From Verrucomicrobiia bacterium (GTDB taxonomy: Bacteria; Verrucomicrobiota; Verrucomicrobiia; Limisphaerales; Palsa-1400): 64,000 nucleotides of DNA. Below the pieces are notes generated by a model, which worked only from the letters and a program-made list of their open reading frames with translations, did not search any database and was not told where the DNA came from. A program made the translations under genes and the position numbers. This document shows, piece after piece, positions 1 through 8,745 of the stretch. Location: the NCBI GenBank assembly GCA_036501625.1, contig DASXZY010000078.1, forward strand, positions 21,040 through 85,039, written 5' to 3'. How positions within the stretch are numbered: position 1 is the first letter of the stretch; each line of letters opens with the position of its first letter.

Positions 1-831
1 CATGCTCTTGGCGATCGTGCCAAGATAGGTTTGCGCTCCCGTCTCGACGACCAGGGCTTGGGCCGTGCCGCTTTCCACGCTGGTGCCGAGGAAGCAGAGG
101 TTGGCGCATTCCAGCGGCGCAATATTATCGCGCGTCTCCCGTGTGTCGAACTTCTCCACCGGCAACGATTCCCCGGTCAGCGTCGCCTGGATGATAAAGA
201 GGTCCTTGGAACTCAGCACCCTGACGTCGGCGGGCACCATGTCCCCGGCGGAAAGTTTAACCAGGTCGCCGGCCACCAATTGGCCGAGGGCCACTTCAAG
301 CGTCTTGCCTCCGCGAATGACGGTGGCGGTGACGCGGATCATGGCCTTGAGTTTGGCCGCGGCCGCATCGGCGCGGGACTCCTGGACGAAGCGCAAAGCG
401 ACGCCCAGGATGACCATGACCATCATAATCCAGCCGCCGGCAATGTTCGCGTTGGAGCTTTGCGGATCGGCATCCTTGGACGTGGAAAAAGTCAAGGCTG
501 ACACGAACTTGTCAACAACAGTGCGATGAACGTCCGGGTCCGTGGCCGTGTAAAAAGTGATGATGGCCAGAATGGAGAGCAGGATGACCAGCGGATTGCG
601 AATGGCGTGCCACAAACGGCCGATCCAGTCCGAGCGCTTCTCACGCGAAACTTCGTTGGGGCCGAACTGATTCAGGCGCTCCTCCGCCTCCGCGTCGCTT
701 AAGCCTTCCAGCGAGCTTCCCAGCAGCTTGAGGGCATCGGCCGTCTCCATCCGCGCGGCCTCGGTCAAGCGCGTGGCGGGCTTGCGTTTCGATGGCGGCC
801 CGCTGGCCGCGGATTTGTCCGCAGTCGTCAT
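1..831 (-). CDS. mgtA: Mg2+-importing P-type ATPase (MgtA-like), N-terminal 277 codons; the rest lies beyond the left edge
   Basis: Own reverse-strand translation from ATG (831-829), open to nt 1: MTTADKSAAS..LSDAEAEERLNQFGPNEVSREK..GDLVKLSAGDMVPADVRVLSSKDLFIIQATLTGESLPVEK, the canonical MgtA N-terminus and actuator region. Absent from the ORF track because no stop codon lies in the window. Plus-strand ORFs 31-501 and 65-529 are antisense artefacts. Confidence 0.85.
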   Translation of the reverse strand, partial: MTTADKSAASGPPSKRKPATRLTEAARMETADALKLLGSSLEGLSDAEAEERLNQFGPNEVSREKRSDWIGRLWHAIRNPLVILLSILAIITFYTATDPDVHRTVVDKFVSALTFSTSKDADPQSSNANIAGGWIMMVMVILGVALRFVQESRADAAAAKLKAMIRVTATVIRGGKTLEVALGQLVAGDLVKLSAGDMVPADVRVLSSKDLFIIQATLTGESLPVEKFDTRETRDNIAPLECANLCFLGTSVESGTAQALVVETGAQTYLGTIAKSM

Positions 832-1072
832 GATGTTTCGCAGGATATTCGCGCGGCAGTCCGGGCTGGCCGCGCGCCAACCGGAGCAAGCCTAAAATGG
901 AACCGGCAAAGAGCAACCCCCTTTTCAAAGAAAAATTTCTGAAACAATTTTCCCGCCTGCCGTGTTATTGAGCCACATAGAGAATGGATTTTGGCAATGG
1001 AGAAATTGGAACAGTTTTGCATCGGACGGCTTGGCAGCACTAGGATGCGCCGCCGACGGTCGCTGACCGGCC

Positions 1073-1627
1073 ATGACAGACGCCAAACAATTCGAAGCGT
1101 TGGTGCGAGACTGCCAAGATATGGTATATAGCACCGCCATGCGCCTTGTGGCCAGCGAGGCCGAAGCGGAAGACATTTCCCAGGAAGTGTTTCTGCGGGC
1201 GTTCGAGCGTTTTGAAACCTTGAAAGGCGACCCGCGCGCGGCTGGCTGGCTTAAGACCGTCGCTATCAATTTGAGCTTGAACCATTTGTCCCGCTACCGC
1301 GCGCGCTGGAGCTTTTTTTCGGAGCTGTTCCATCGGGACGCTGCCGGCGGCGAATCGGAAATCGAATATGCCGCGATGGATGACGTTGAGGCGGATATGG
1401 CCGTCTCAGAACGCCGAACCATGGTGGAGCAGGCCCTGCGGCAATTGCCCTCCAGCCAGCGCGTGCCGCTGGCGCTCTTTTATCTGGAAGGCATGAAATA
1501 CGAGGAAATTGCCGCCAAGCTCGGCGTCTCCCTCGGCAAGGTAAAGACGAATATTTTTCGCGGCCGGGCCGCGTTGCGCAAAAGACTGGAACCGCGCTGG
1601 CGCCAGGAGTGGAGGGCGGGCGCGTGA
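1073..1627 (+). CDS. ECF-type (group IV) sigma-70 family RNA polymerase sigma factor
   Basis: 184-aa ORF. Region 2 (AEDISQEVFLRAFERFETL..WLKTVAINLSLNHLS) and region 4 HTH (QRVPLALFYLEGMKYEEIAAKLGVSLGKVKTNIFRGRAALRKRL). Confidence 0.9.
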   Translation: MTDAKQFEALVRDCQDMVYSTAMRLVASEAEAEDISQEVFLRAFERFETLKGDPRAAGWLKTVAINLSLNHLSRYRARWSFFSELFHRDAAGGESEIEYAAMDDVEADMAVSERRTMVEQALRQLPSSQRVPLALFYLEGMKYEEIAAKLGVSLGKVKTNIFRGRAALRKRLEPRWRQEWRAGA

Positions 1628-2070
1628 AATGGGAAACCGAGATTGGCCGGATTCTGCGAAGCCTGCCGGATTTGCCCGCGCCCGCCGGATTTTTGGAACG
1701 CACGCTGGCCGCGGTGGAACGCCCCGCGGCTCAAGGCATCCAGCCTTGGGCCAAATGGCCGGCCGGATGGCGCATCGCGTTCGTCTTGCTTGCGCTGGCC
1801 GGAGTGGCGGGCGCCGCGATTGGGTGGAAGACGGTTGAACCGGGCTTGCTGGCCTCGGCGGGACATTGGCTGGCGCCGTGGAAATCCCGCGCGGCCTCCG
1901 GCTGGAACGTCCTCACCGGCTTGGGGAGTGCGGCGGCCGCGGCCGCGCGGCAATTGGGGACGGGATTCATGCTGGCCTGTCTCGCCGCCCCGGTCGCGGC
2001 GTGCGCCGTCTGCGCCGGTTTCGGCACAATTTTCGTCCGCTTCGCCATGGCGAGGCCAAGAAGGAATTAA
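1624..2070 (+). CDS. putative anti-sigma factor (membrane protein coupled to the ECF sigma gene)
   Basis: Same frame as track ORF 1609-2070. GTG at 1624 overlaps the sigma stop (GTGA). VKWETEIGRILRSLPDLPAPAGFLERTL is followed by hydrophobic segments WRIAFVLLALAGVAGAAIGW and FMLACLAAPVAACAVCAGFGTIFV. The call rests on position and topology, not on a recognised domain. Confidence 0.5.
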   Translation: MKWETEIGRILRSLPDLPAPAGFLERTLAAVERPAAQGIQPWAKWPAGWRIAFVLLALAGVAGAAIGWKTVEPGLLASAGHWLAPWKSRAASGWNVLTGLGSAAAAAARQLGTGFMLACLAAPVAACAVCAGFGTIFVRFAMARPRRN

Positions 2071-2072
2071 CT

Positions 2073-3503
2073 ATGAACATTATGATAAAAATGCGCCTGC
2101 TGGCGCTCGCGATGGCGGGTTGGGCCGCGCTGGCTTCGGGACAATCAACCGATACGAACGCCGACGATTCCAAACACGGCGAGTATCACGCCAATCTGGT
2201 GTCATTTGGCCGCGATGTAGAATTGAAGGCGGGAGATTCCGCCGGCCAGGTCGTGGTCATTGGCGCCTCGGCCATAATCCACGGCACGGTGCGCGACCAG
2301 GTGGTGGTGGTGGGCGGCAACTTGACGCTCGACGGCCACGTAGGAAACCAGGTGGTTGTCGTGCTGGGCAACACGCATATCGAAGAGGCGGCGGAGATTG
2401 GCGCGCAGTTGGTGTGCGTGGGAGGAGACAACGAGATTGCCAAAGGCGCCCGCATGCACGGGCCGGTGGTCGATTTCGGCGCCGCGTCGGGATTCCCAAA
2501 GTCCATGCGGCTATACTGGCTGCGCGACTGGATCACGGAGTGCCTGCTCAAATTGCGGCCGCTGTCATTCAAGATCGGCTGGCTTTGGTGGGTGGCGAGT
2601 TTCTTTGTTTTCATTTATTTCCTGATCGCGGCCCTGTTTCCGACTCCCGTGCGCGCCTGCGCCGCCCAGATTTCAGCCCGGCCCGCCACGACGCTGGCCG
2701 CCGGAGTCATGGCCAAACTGGCCATCCCGCTTCTTTGCCTGCTCCTGCCGATCACGCTGGTCGGCATATTGGTTGTTCCGTTTCTTCTTGTTGGAGCGGC
2801 CTTGACAATCCTTGTCGGCAAAGCGGCCGTGCTGGAAGCGATCGGGGGGAAAATCGGCGGAGGCGCGGGCTTGACGGCGGAGGCGCGGCCGCTGGCGGCG
2901 TTCTTGATCGGCGCCATGCTGCTGGGAATATTATACGTGACACCAGTCATTGGATTTTTGGCGTTATTCGTTTTTAGCTGCTGGGCCTTGGGGGCGGGCG
3001 TCATGGCCATGATCGCGGCCTGGCGGGCCAGCCGCCCGCCACCCCCGGCGGAATTGCCCGCCGCGCCCGCGCCGCCCCCCGCCTTCCCGCCCGGGCCTGC
3101 GGGCGCGCTCACGCCACCGCGAGCGCTGGCCTATCCGAGGGCCGGTTTCTGGGAGAGAATGGTGGCCGGTTTTCTTGACCTGGTGCTGATCGCGCTCTCC
3201 AGTTCACTGGTCGGCCCTTTTGCGACGGTGGTGGCGATTGCCTATTTCGCGGGAATGTGGGCGTGGAAAGGGACCACCGTCGGCGGGATGGTGCTGAATC
3301 TGCAAGTAGTGCGCCAGGACGGCCAGGCGCTGACATTTCTGACGGCCTTTGTCCGCATCCTGGCGGCCCTTTTTTCCGCGTGCGTGCTCTTCCTGGGTTT
3401 CTTCTGGATCGGCTGGGACGCCGAGAAACAAAGCTGGCACGACAAAATCGCTGGCACGGTCGTCGTGCGCTTGCCGAGGGCGGTTTCGCTGGTGTGCTGT
3501 TAA
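2073..3503 (+). CDS. RDD-family membrane protein with an N-terminal secreted beta-helix (bactofilin/polymer-forming-like) repeat domain
   Basis: ATG 2073 lies 2 nt after the upstream stop. Signal peptide MRLLALAMAGWAALASGQ; repeats VVVIGASAIIHGTVRDQVVVVGGNLTLDGHVGNQVVVVLGN; several TM segments; Pro-rich linker; C-terminal RDD domain (FWERMVAGFLDLVLI..SWHDKIAGTVVV). The track start 1866 is an upstream extension. Confidence 0.75.
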   Translation: MNIMIKMRLLALAMAGWAALASGQSTDTNADDSKHGEYHANLVSFGRDVELKAGDSAGQVVVIGASAIIHGTVRDQVVVVGGNLTLDGHVGNQVVVVLGNTHIEEAAEIGAQLVCVGGDNEIAKGARMHGPVVDFGAASGFPKSMRLYWLRDWITECLLKLRPLSFKIGWLWWVASFFVFIYFLIAALFPTPVRACAAQISARPATTLAAGVMAKLAIPLLCLLLPITLVGILVVPFLLVGAALTILVGKAAVLEAIGGKIGGGAGLTAEARPLAAFLIGAMLLGILYVTPVIGFLALFVFSCWALGAGVMAMIAAWRASRPPPPAELPAAPAPPPAFPPGPAGALTPPRALAYPRAGFWERMVAGFLDLVLIALSSSLVGPFATVVAIAYFAGMWAWKGTTVGGMVLNLQVVRQDGQALTFLTAFVRILAALFSACVLFLGFFWIGWDAEKQSWHDKIAGTVVVRLPRAVSLVCC

Positions 3504-3512
3504 ATCAGCAAA

Positions 3513-5675
3513 TTAGCGCGCGTATTGGCGGATTTGCTCCTGCCACCAGCGGGATAGCGTGCCGCTGGGGCGCAGCCAGGCCTGGCGATGCAGCCACGGC
3601 ATCACTTCGGCGTCGCTCAAGATGAGCAGTTTCTCCGCGCGCCCCAATTTCTCCGGCCCCTCCGCCAGCAGTTTCTCGCTCAAGGCGCGGACTTCCGGCT
3701 TGCCGGCGCCCAAATCGGCTAGCGCCTGCGCGTAAGCGGGATTGCGCCCCTTCTCCCGCAATAACGAAACATGCACGGCATTGACGTAAGGGTCCAAGAC
3801 GGCGTCGGCCAGCCAAGAATCCGCCGGGCGCGGCGCGGCCTGGCCTGATTGCTCCAAGGCCGCCATGCGCGTGCGCAACGCGGCCAATTCTGGCGGCGGC
3901 GCGGTCTCTTCCGGCGTGACAAAAAGCCCCAGGCGGCGCGCCTTCTCGCCGAGGCTCACCCGGCTGGTCAGCACGCTCACAGGAATGCTCAGGACGATCC
4001 CCGCCACGACCGGCGAAAACCACCAAAACGCCGGATGACCCAGCCGCCAAATTGCCATGCCCCATATCAATCCGACGGCGGTTTGAATCCAATGCTGCCG
4101 GATGGCCTGGGTCCACGCGAGGCCATCGGCCGTGCGCTTTTGCGGCCCCCAATGAACGCCAAAGAGGAGCAGGGAGGCGGCCACGAATTGCGAGTGCCAC
4201 AGCATTTGCAAGGGAGCGTGCAGCGCGGAAAAAGCCGTCTCCGAGATGGCGCCCACTGTGGCGTGCGCCAGGCCTCCGAAGGCCCGGCGGCGCGGCGGGT
4301 CCAGCGCCAAATCGATCAGCGCCAAAACTTTTGGCAGAAACAGCATGACCATGCAGATGGCGAAAATCAGGAAAGCGTGCTGGGTGGCGTTGACCTTCAG
4401 GAAAGGCGTCAATGGGCTGACAGTTATTCTTGACAATCCGGTGTGCCCCTCGTACCAAAGCATCCAGTTGAATGTCAATAAGAAAAAAAGCCAGAGCGGG
4501 CTGGCCAGATAACCCATGATGCCCATGGCCAGGTGCAGCCGGCTGACGCCGCGCAAGCCGCGCGCGCCCACGACCATGCCGTGCTGCATGTTGCCCTGGC
4601 ACCAGCGGCGGTCGCGTTGCGCGTTTTCGATCATCGTTTGCGGCGCTTCTTCGTAGCTGCCCTCCAGGTCGTAGGCCAGCCAGATTTCCCAGTTGGCTTT
4701 GGCCAGCAGGGCCGCCTCGACGAAATCGTGGCTGAGAATCTGCCCGCCGAACGGCTTTGCCCCGGGCAATTGCGGCAAGTCGCAATGCTGCATGAACGGC
4801 TCCGTGCGAATAATCGCGTTGTGCCCCCAATAATTGCCAAAGGCCTGCGCCCAGAAATTCAATCCGGTGATGAAAATCGGCGCGTACAGGCGGTTGGAAA
4901 ATTGCTGGATGCGCCCGAAAAGCGATTCAGCGTTCGCAAGGGCCGGAACGGTTTGAATCAATCCGGCCTGCGGATGCGCCTCCATCAATTTGACCAGATC
5001 GACGAGCGTCTGGCCGCTCATGACGCTGTCGGCATCGAACACGACGAAATAGCGGTAACGCCCGCCCCACGTGCTCAGGAAATCCCGGATGTTCCCGCTC
5101 TTCTTGCCTTCGTTAAGCACACGCCGCCGGTAGTAAATCCGCCCCAGCGCGTCCAACTCGCGCACCAGGTCAAACCAGCGCCGCTCTTCCTCGACCCATT
5201 TGTCCGGCTCGGAGGAGTCGCTGAGAATGTAGAAATCGAACTGGCGCAAAAGGCCGGTCTTTTGCAACGACTGGTAGGTGGCGCGCAACCCTTCGCAGAC
5301 GCGAAGCACTTGTTCGTTGTAGATGGGAAACACCAGCGCGGTGCTGACGCCCTCGATGCTTTGCCCGCGATATTCTTTCAGGCGGGTAATGCGCCGGTCG
5401 CCCGTCAAACGCAGCGCGAAGCCAAAGACTCCGTGCAGGCACCCGATGGAAATGAGCAGCACCAGCACGGTGAACAGCCCCAGCAAAACAAATGCCGAGA
5501 GCGACCATCCCGTCCGGTCCAGCAAATCGGCGAACAGCCACGAAATCAACCCCGTCAACAAGAGCGCCAGCGAGTAAAATATAAATACGCGGCGCCCGCG
5601 GCGAACGCGCGGCGGCGCGATTTCGGGCTGGCCCTGGCCCGCGGCGGAATCACTGGCTGGCGCGGCGGAGGTCAT
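3513..5675 (-). CDS. opgH: osmoregulated periplasmic glucan glucosyltransferase OpgH/MdoH (GT2)
   Basis: 720-aa ORF with N- and C-terminal TM bundles and GT2 core motifs ALVFPIYNE, FDFYILSDS, YFVVFDADSVMSG, QRDRRWCQGNMQH. Confidence 0.9.
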   Translation of the reverse strand: MTSAAPASDSAAGQGQPEIAPPRVRRGRRVFIFYSLALLLTGLISWLFADLLDRTGWSLSAFVLLGLFTVLVLLISIGCLHGVFGFALRLTGDRRITRLKEYRGQSIEGVSTALVFPIYNEQVLRVCEGLRATYQSLQKTGLLRQFDFYILSDSSEPDKWVEEERRWFDLVRELDALGRIYYRRRVLNEGKKSGNIRDFLSTWGGRYRYFVVFDADSVMSGQTLVDLVKLMEAHPQAGLIQTVPALANAESLFGRIQQFSNRLYAPIFITGLNFWAQAFGNYWGHNAIIRTEPFMQHCDLPQLPGAKPFGGQILSHDFVEAALLAKANWEIWLAYDLEGSYEEAPQTMIENAQRDRRWCQGNMQHGMVVGARGLRGVSRLHLAMGIMGYLASPLWLFFLLTFNWMLWYEGHTGLSRITVSPLTPFLKVNATQHAFLIFAICMVMLFLPKVLALIDLALDPPRRRAFGGLAHATVGAISETAFSALHAPLQMLWHSQFVAASLLLFGVHWGPQKRTADGLAWTQAIRQHWIQTAVGLIWGMAIWRLGHPAFWWFSPVVAGIVLSIPVSVLTSRVSLGEKARRLGLFVTPEETAPPPELAALRTRMAALEQSGQAAPRPADSWLADAVLDPYVNAVHVSLLREKGRNPAYAQALADLGAGKPEVRALSEKLLAEGPEKLGRAEKLLILSDAEVMPWLHRQAWLRPSGTLSRWWQEQIRQYAR

Positions 5676-5678
5676 GGC

Positions 5679-6218
5679 TCAATGGTGAGTCAAATAAAAC
5701 AGCAAAATCAGGAGCATTCCAAAGAGCAGCCAGATGCCCGCGATCTTGAAGTAGGGCAGGCGGCCGATTTGGGTCAGAGTGGCGATTGGGCCAAGGTCCA
5801 GCTGGCGCGGCGTCATTTTGGCCAGTTGAAAATCCGGCCCGGCCCGCAGGTACATTTCGCGCATCTTGACGGCGAATTCAGACGGCCACGGGCCCGGGCG
5901 GAGGAATTGATCCTGCCACTGGCCGGGCATGTCAGTCAAAAGCAGGGCCAGGCGCCCGCGGGTCGAGAGCATTTCAGCCCCGGCCGGCGGGGCTTGCAAA
6001 ACCTGGGCGAACCATTCGTTGACAAAATGGTCCATTTCCTGAACGGCCAATTCGGTGGCGGAAAGCTGGGCTTCGCCGGCGGAACGCCGCATGGCCCGCT
6101 CCAGCACGCGGGCGACCAACTGGCCCAGCAGGACTTTGTTGCGCACGCGCAGGGCGTGAAAATAGCTCTCCACTTTGGAGTAGGCCGCGTTCCATTCCTC
6201 CAGCGGGCGGCCGGCCAT
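5679..6218 (-). CDS. hypothetical C-terminally anchored protein encoded between opgG and opgH
   Basis: Internal ATG (6218) of track ORF 5679-6437; the upstream part overlaps opgG. MAGRPLEEWNAAYSKVESYFHALRV.., single C-terminal TM (IAGIWLLFGMLLILLFYL). Its stop lies 3 nt before the opgH start. No family recognised. Confidence 0.5.
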   Translation of the reverse strand: MAGRPLEEWNAAYSKVESYFHALRVRNKVLLGQLVARVLERAMRRSAGEAQLSATELAVQEMDHFVNEWFAQVLQAPPAGAEMLSTRGRLALLLTDMPGQWQDQFLRPGPWPSEFAVKMREMYLRAGPDFQLAKMTPRQLDLGPIATLTQIGRLPYFKIAGIWLLFGMLLILLFYLTHH

Positions 6219-6250
6219 GGTGCCCGGGGCGCTGCCTGGCGGAACGGCGC

Positions 6251-7834
6251 TCAAGGCGGGCTCCAGCGATAGCTCCAGGTTTCGCTGGGCAGCCCGTCGC
6301 TGCGTTTCAGCGTGCAGGAAAGATCGACCGGGTCGTGGTTGCCGGCATTGGGCAGCATGTCCACAAACACGCGCCACGTTTTGTCCGTGGCATTGCGGAA
6401 CACCTGCACGAGCGAGATCGTGGCGTTGGTTCCGCAATGGGCCGCCGCCTTCGGCTCCTGTGAATCGCCCTTCAACACCGGCAGATCGAAGTCAATTACA
6501 AATTGGCGCTGCCTTTGGTCCCGCGGATAAAGGCCGACCATCGTCGATACGACGAGATTGGAAGATTGGGCGATGTCCGTCTCGCGCGTCCAATACAGCG
6601 TGTAGCCGAACCGGAACGGCTGCAGCGGCGCCGGTTTGACCGCCGGGTCCCAATAGGCGACCACGTTGTCCAGCCCCTCGTACTGCGTGCTCAACTCAAC
6701 CACGTGGACGCGGCCCTCGCCCCAATTATCCTTGGGCGCCACCCACACGCTGGGCGCCTTTTCGTAATCGTGAAACATGTCCTGGTAAGCGTTGAAGTCG
6801 CGGTTGCGCTGCATCAAGCCGAATCCGCGAATGTTGCTGGCGGGATAAGTTTGGTGGCGCATGGCGGAGCCGTTGACCAGGGGGCGCCAAACGTGTTCGC
6901 CGCTGTCCAATTGCATCAGCAGGCCGTCGCTGTCGTGAACTTCCGGGCGGTAATCGTCGAACTTGCGTTCGGAATTCTGGCCGTACCAGTACATGCTGGT
7001 CAGCGGGGCCAGGCCCATGGCGGCCAGTTTCTTGCGCTTGGGATCGGCGGCCAGGATGTCCTCCGGCGTGCGGAAATAAATCACCGATTCCACGCGGGCG
7101 GCCGTCGTCGCGCCGGGAGTGATGATAAACTCGTAGGCGCCGGCGCAGCTTACGCTGTCAAGTATCGCATAGAGCAGCAAATCGCGCTCCTCCGGCTGCG
7201 GTTTGCCCAGCCACCAATCAGTGAAAATGGGAAATTCCTCCGGCCGGTCCGGCTCCCCGCAATCCAGCGCCAGCCCCCGCGCCGACAATCCATAAACCTG
7301 CCCCTGGCCAAGCAGGCGGAAGTAGCTCGCGCCTTGGAACGAGCCGACTTCATCCCAGCGATTCGGGTCTTCCAGGGCGGAGGCTCCATTGAGGAAATTG
7401 CTCCATTGCAAGTTGATGCGAAAGCCGGCGTAACCGGTGTTGGCCGGGATGTCCGACGGCAGATGGAGCGTGCCGTAATCAAAAAAATCCGGCACGAACC
7501 GCACCGGCTGGACGTGGGTGGAGGAGAATTCGTTCAGATGCACTGGTTCCTGGTAAATATAGCCCAGGTGGAAGAACTCGACCCGGAAGGGCAGCCCTTC
7601 CTGTTTCCACAGCGCCTGGTCGGGGCGGAACCGGATTTGGCGATAGTCATCGTAAGTCAGCTTGGTCAGGAAATCGGGCAAATCGGCCCGCGGCGAACGG
7701 AACGGTTTGCGGGCGCGCTGCTCGGCCTTTTTGGCGACGTAATCGAGAGTAACATGCACCGCTTCCAGCCTTGGAAGAGCGAAGGCTGGACGAACTGCCC
7801 AAAGGACCAGCGTTAGAATGAGAATCCGCATCAT
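6251..7834 (-). CDS. opgG: periplasmic glucan biosynthesis protein OpgG/MdoG family
   Basis: Signal peptide MMRILILTLVLWAVRPAFA from ATG 7834. LTYDDYRQIRFRPDQALWKQEGLPFRVEFFHLGY and GASYFRLLGQGQVYGLSARGLALD are typical MdoG blocks. The track start 7912 is probably too far upstream. Confidence 0.9.
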   Translation of the reverse strand: MMRILILTLVLWAVRPAFALPRLEAVHVTLDYVAKKAEQRARKPFRSPRADLPDFLTKLTYDDYRQIRFRPDQALWKQEGLPFRVEFFHLGYIYQEPVHLNEFSSTHVQPVRFVPDFFDYGTLHLPSDIPANTGYAGFRINLQWSNFLNGASALEDPNRWDEVGSFQGASYFRLLGQGQVYGLSARGLALDCGEPDRPEEFPIFTDWWLGKPQPEERDLLLYAILDSVSCAGAYEFIITPGATTAARVESVIYFRTPEDILAADPKRKKLAAMGLAPLTSMYWYGQNSERKFDDYRPEVHDSDGLLMQLDSGEHVWRPLVNGSAMRHQTYPASNIRGFGLMQRNRDFNAYQDMFHDYEKAPSVWVAPKDNWGEGRVHVVELSTQYEGLDNVVAYWDPAVKPAPLQPFRFGYTLYWTRETDIAQSSNLVVSTMVGLYPRDQRQRQFVIDFDLPVLKGDSQEPKAAAHCGTNATISLVQVFRNATDKTWRVFVDMLPNAGNHDPVDLSCTLKRSDGLPSETWSYRWSPP

Positions 7835-8037
7835 CCCGTCAGAAAGGATATGTAGCAGACCCCCGCCAGTTTGCAAGCGGGTGTAAAACCCCAGAAGCGG
7901 GCTTTTGACCAATCAGCCCCGCGCTAAAAAGCGCTGGCTTTGCTTGAAGCGGACCTTATTGCGGCAATGATTCTCAAGTAATATGGAAGTTTTTTCTTTG
8001 CTGGCTGATAGCGCCGATGCTATCATAAACCGAAAGC

Positions 8038-8450
8038 ATGAACGAAAGAATCGTTCTGGGCAGAAGCCGCACTATCCTTCTTCTTTGCCTGGAGCGTTGG
8101 CGCCGGCCGCTAATGGGCCAAAAACTCTTTAACGAACATGAAGATGTTTTGGCGCGAGAGGAACTGTTTGAGCATTCGCCGCTTTCGAAACGTGAGCGGA
8201 GCGAATTGCTTGACGCGTTTCTCGCGGTTTGCGAATGGGTGGAGGTGTTTTTTCTCTGGCGTCCCAACCTGCCGGACGAAGGGACAATCACGTGATTGAA
8301 CTGGCTGTTGCTGGGTCAGCGGGCGCCCTCATAACCCAGAATGTCCGGCATTTTCGAAGAGGAGAGCTCCGCTTCCCTCAACTGCGAATTGAATCACCCG
8401 CGGAGTTCATGCAACGATGGAGAAGAACACATGGCCACGATGACAATTAG
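8038..8450 (+). pseudogene. PIN-domain toxin remnant (TIGR00305-like), broken by a 1-nt frameshift near 8281-8283 and with a degenerate N-terminus
   Basis: ORF 8038-8295 ends ..AVCEWVEVFFLWRPNLPDEG. ORF 8229-8450, in the adjacent frame, continues DNHVIELAVAGSAGALITQNVRHFRR..LRIESPAEFM. Joined, they give the usual C-terminal half of this PIN family. The N-terminal VLGRS stands where VLDTN is expected. Confidence 0.5.
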
Positions 8451-8676
8451 AATGCCTGACAATAAGCACGAACGGTTGCGGTTGCTCGCTGAGCGCCAGG
8501 GCATCAGCTTAAACAAATTGGTTGAGGAGTGGGCCAGCATGGCGCTTGCGCAATTCGACGCGGAAATCCGCTTCGAGGCCCGTGCCGCGCGCGGCCATCC
8601 GAAGCGAGGGATCGCTCTCCTGGAAAAGCTGGACGCGGCCTTTGCCAAAAAGGGCGCCCGGCACAAAGGCGGCTGA
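8431..8676 (+). CDS. ribbon-helix-helix (CopG/Arc-like) antitoxin-type protein
   Basis: ATG 8431 inside track ORF 8341-8676. MATMTIRMPDNKHERLRLLAERQGISLNKLVEEWASMAL has the beta-strand plus two-helix pattern of RHH antitoxins. It overlaps the end of the PIN remnant by 20 nt. Confidence 0.65.
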   Translation: MATMTIRMPDNKHERLRLLAERQGISLNKLVEEWASMALAQFDAEIRFEARAARGHPKRGIALLEKLDAAFAKKGARHKGG

Positions 8677-8745
8677 AGGCGCGCTTTTTGGCGCTTTGGC
8701 AAAAACGGCTTGCGCGAGGCGCGGAGTCACAGCAAGTTGCGGCGT

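Noticed and set aside
832-1072. M-box (ykoK) Mg2+ riboswitch upstream of mgtA
   Set aside because: None of the conserved M-box blocks is visible by eye, and the region must also hold the divergent sigma promoter. Kept only as a low-interest leader observation.
1643-2977. 444-aa Arg/Gly/Pro-rich ORF overlapping the anti-sigma and RDD genes
   Set aside because: It is an out-of-frame read-through of two genes that have clear signal peptide, TM and RDD features. The composition (RRRG/PRPR runs) is characteristic of a wrong frame in GC-rich DNA.
4533-7816. Long plus-strand ORFs 4533-6272 and 6503-7816
   Set aside because: They are antisense to opgH and opgG, which carry strong family motifs. There are no recognisable motifs on the plus strand.
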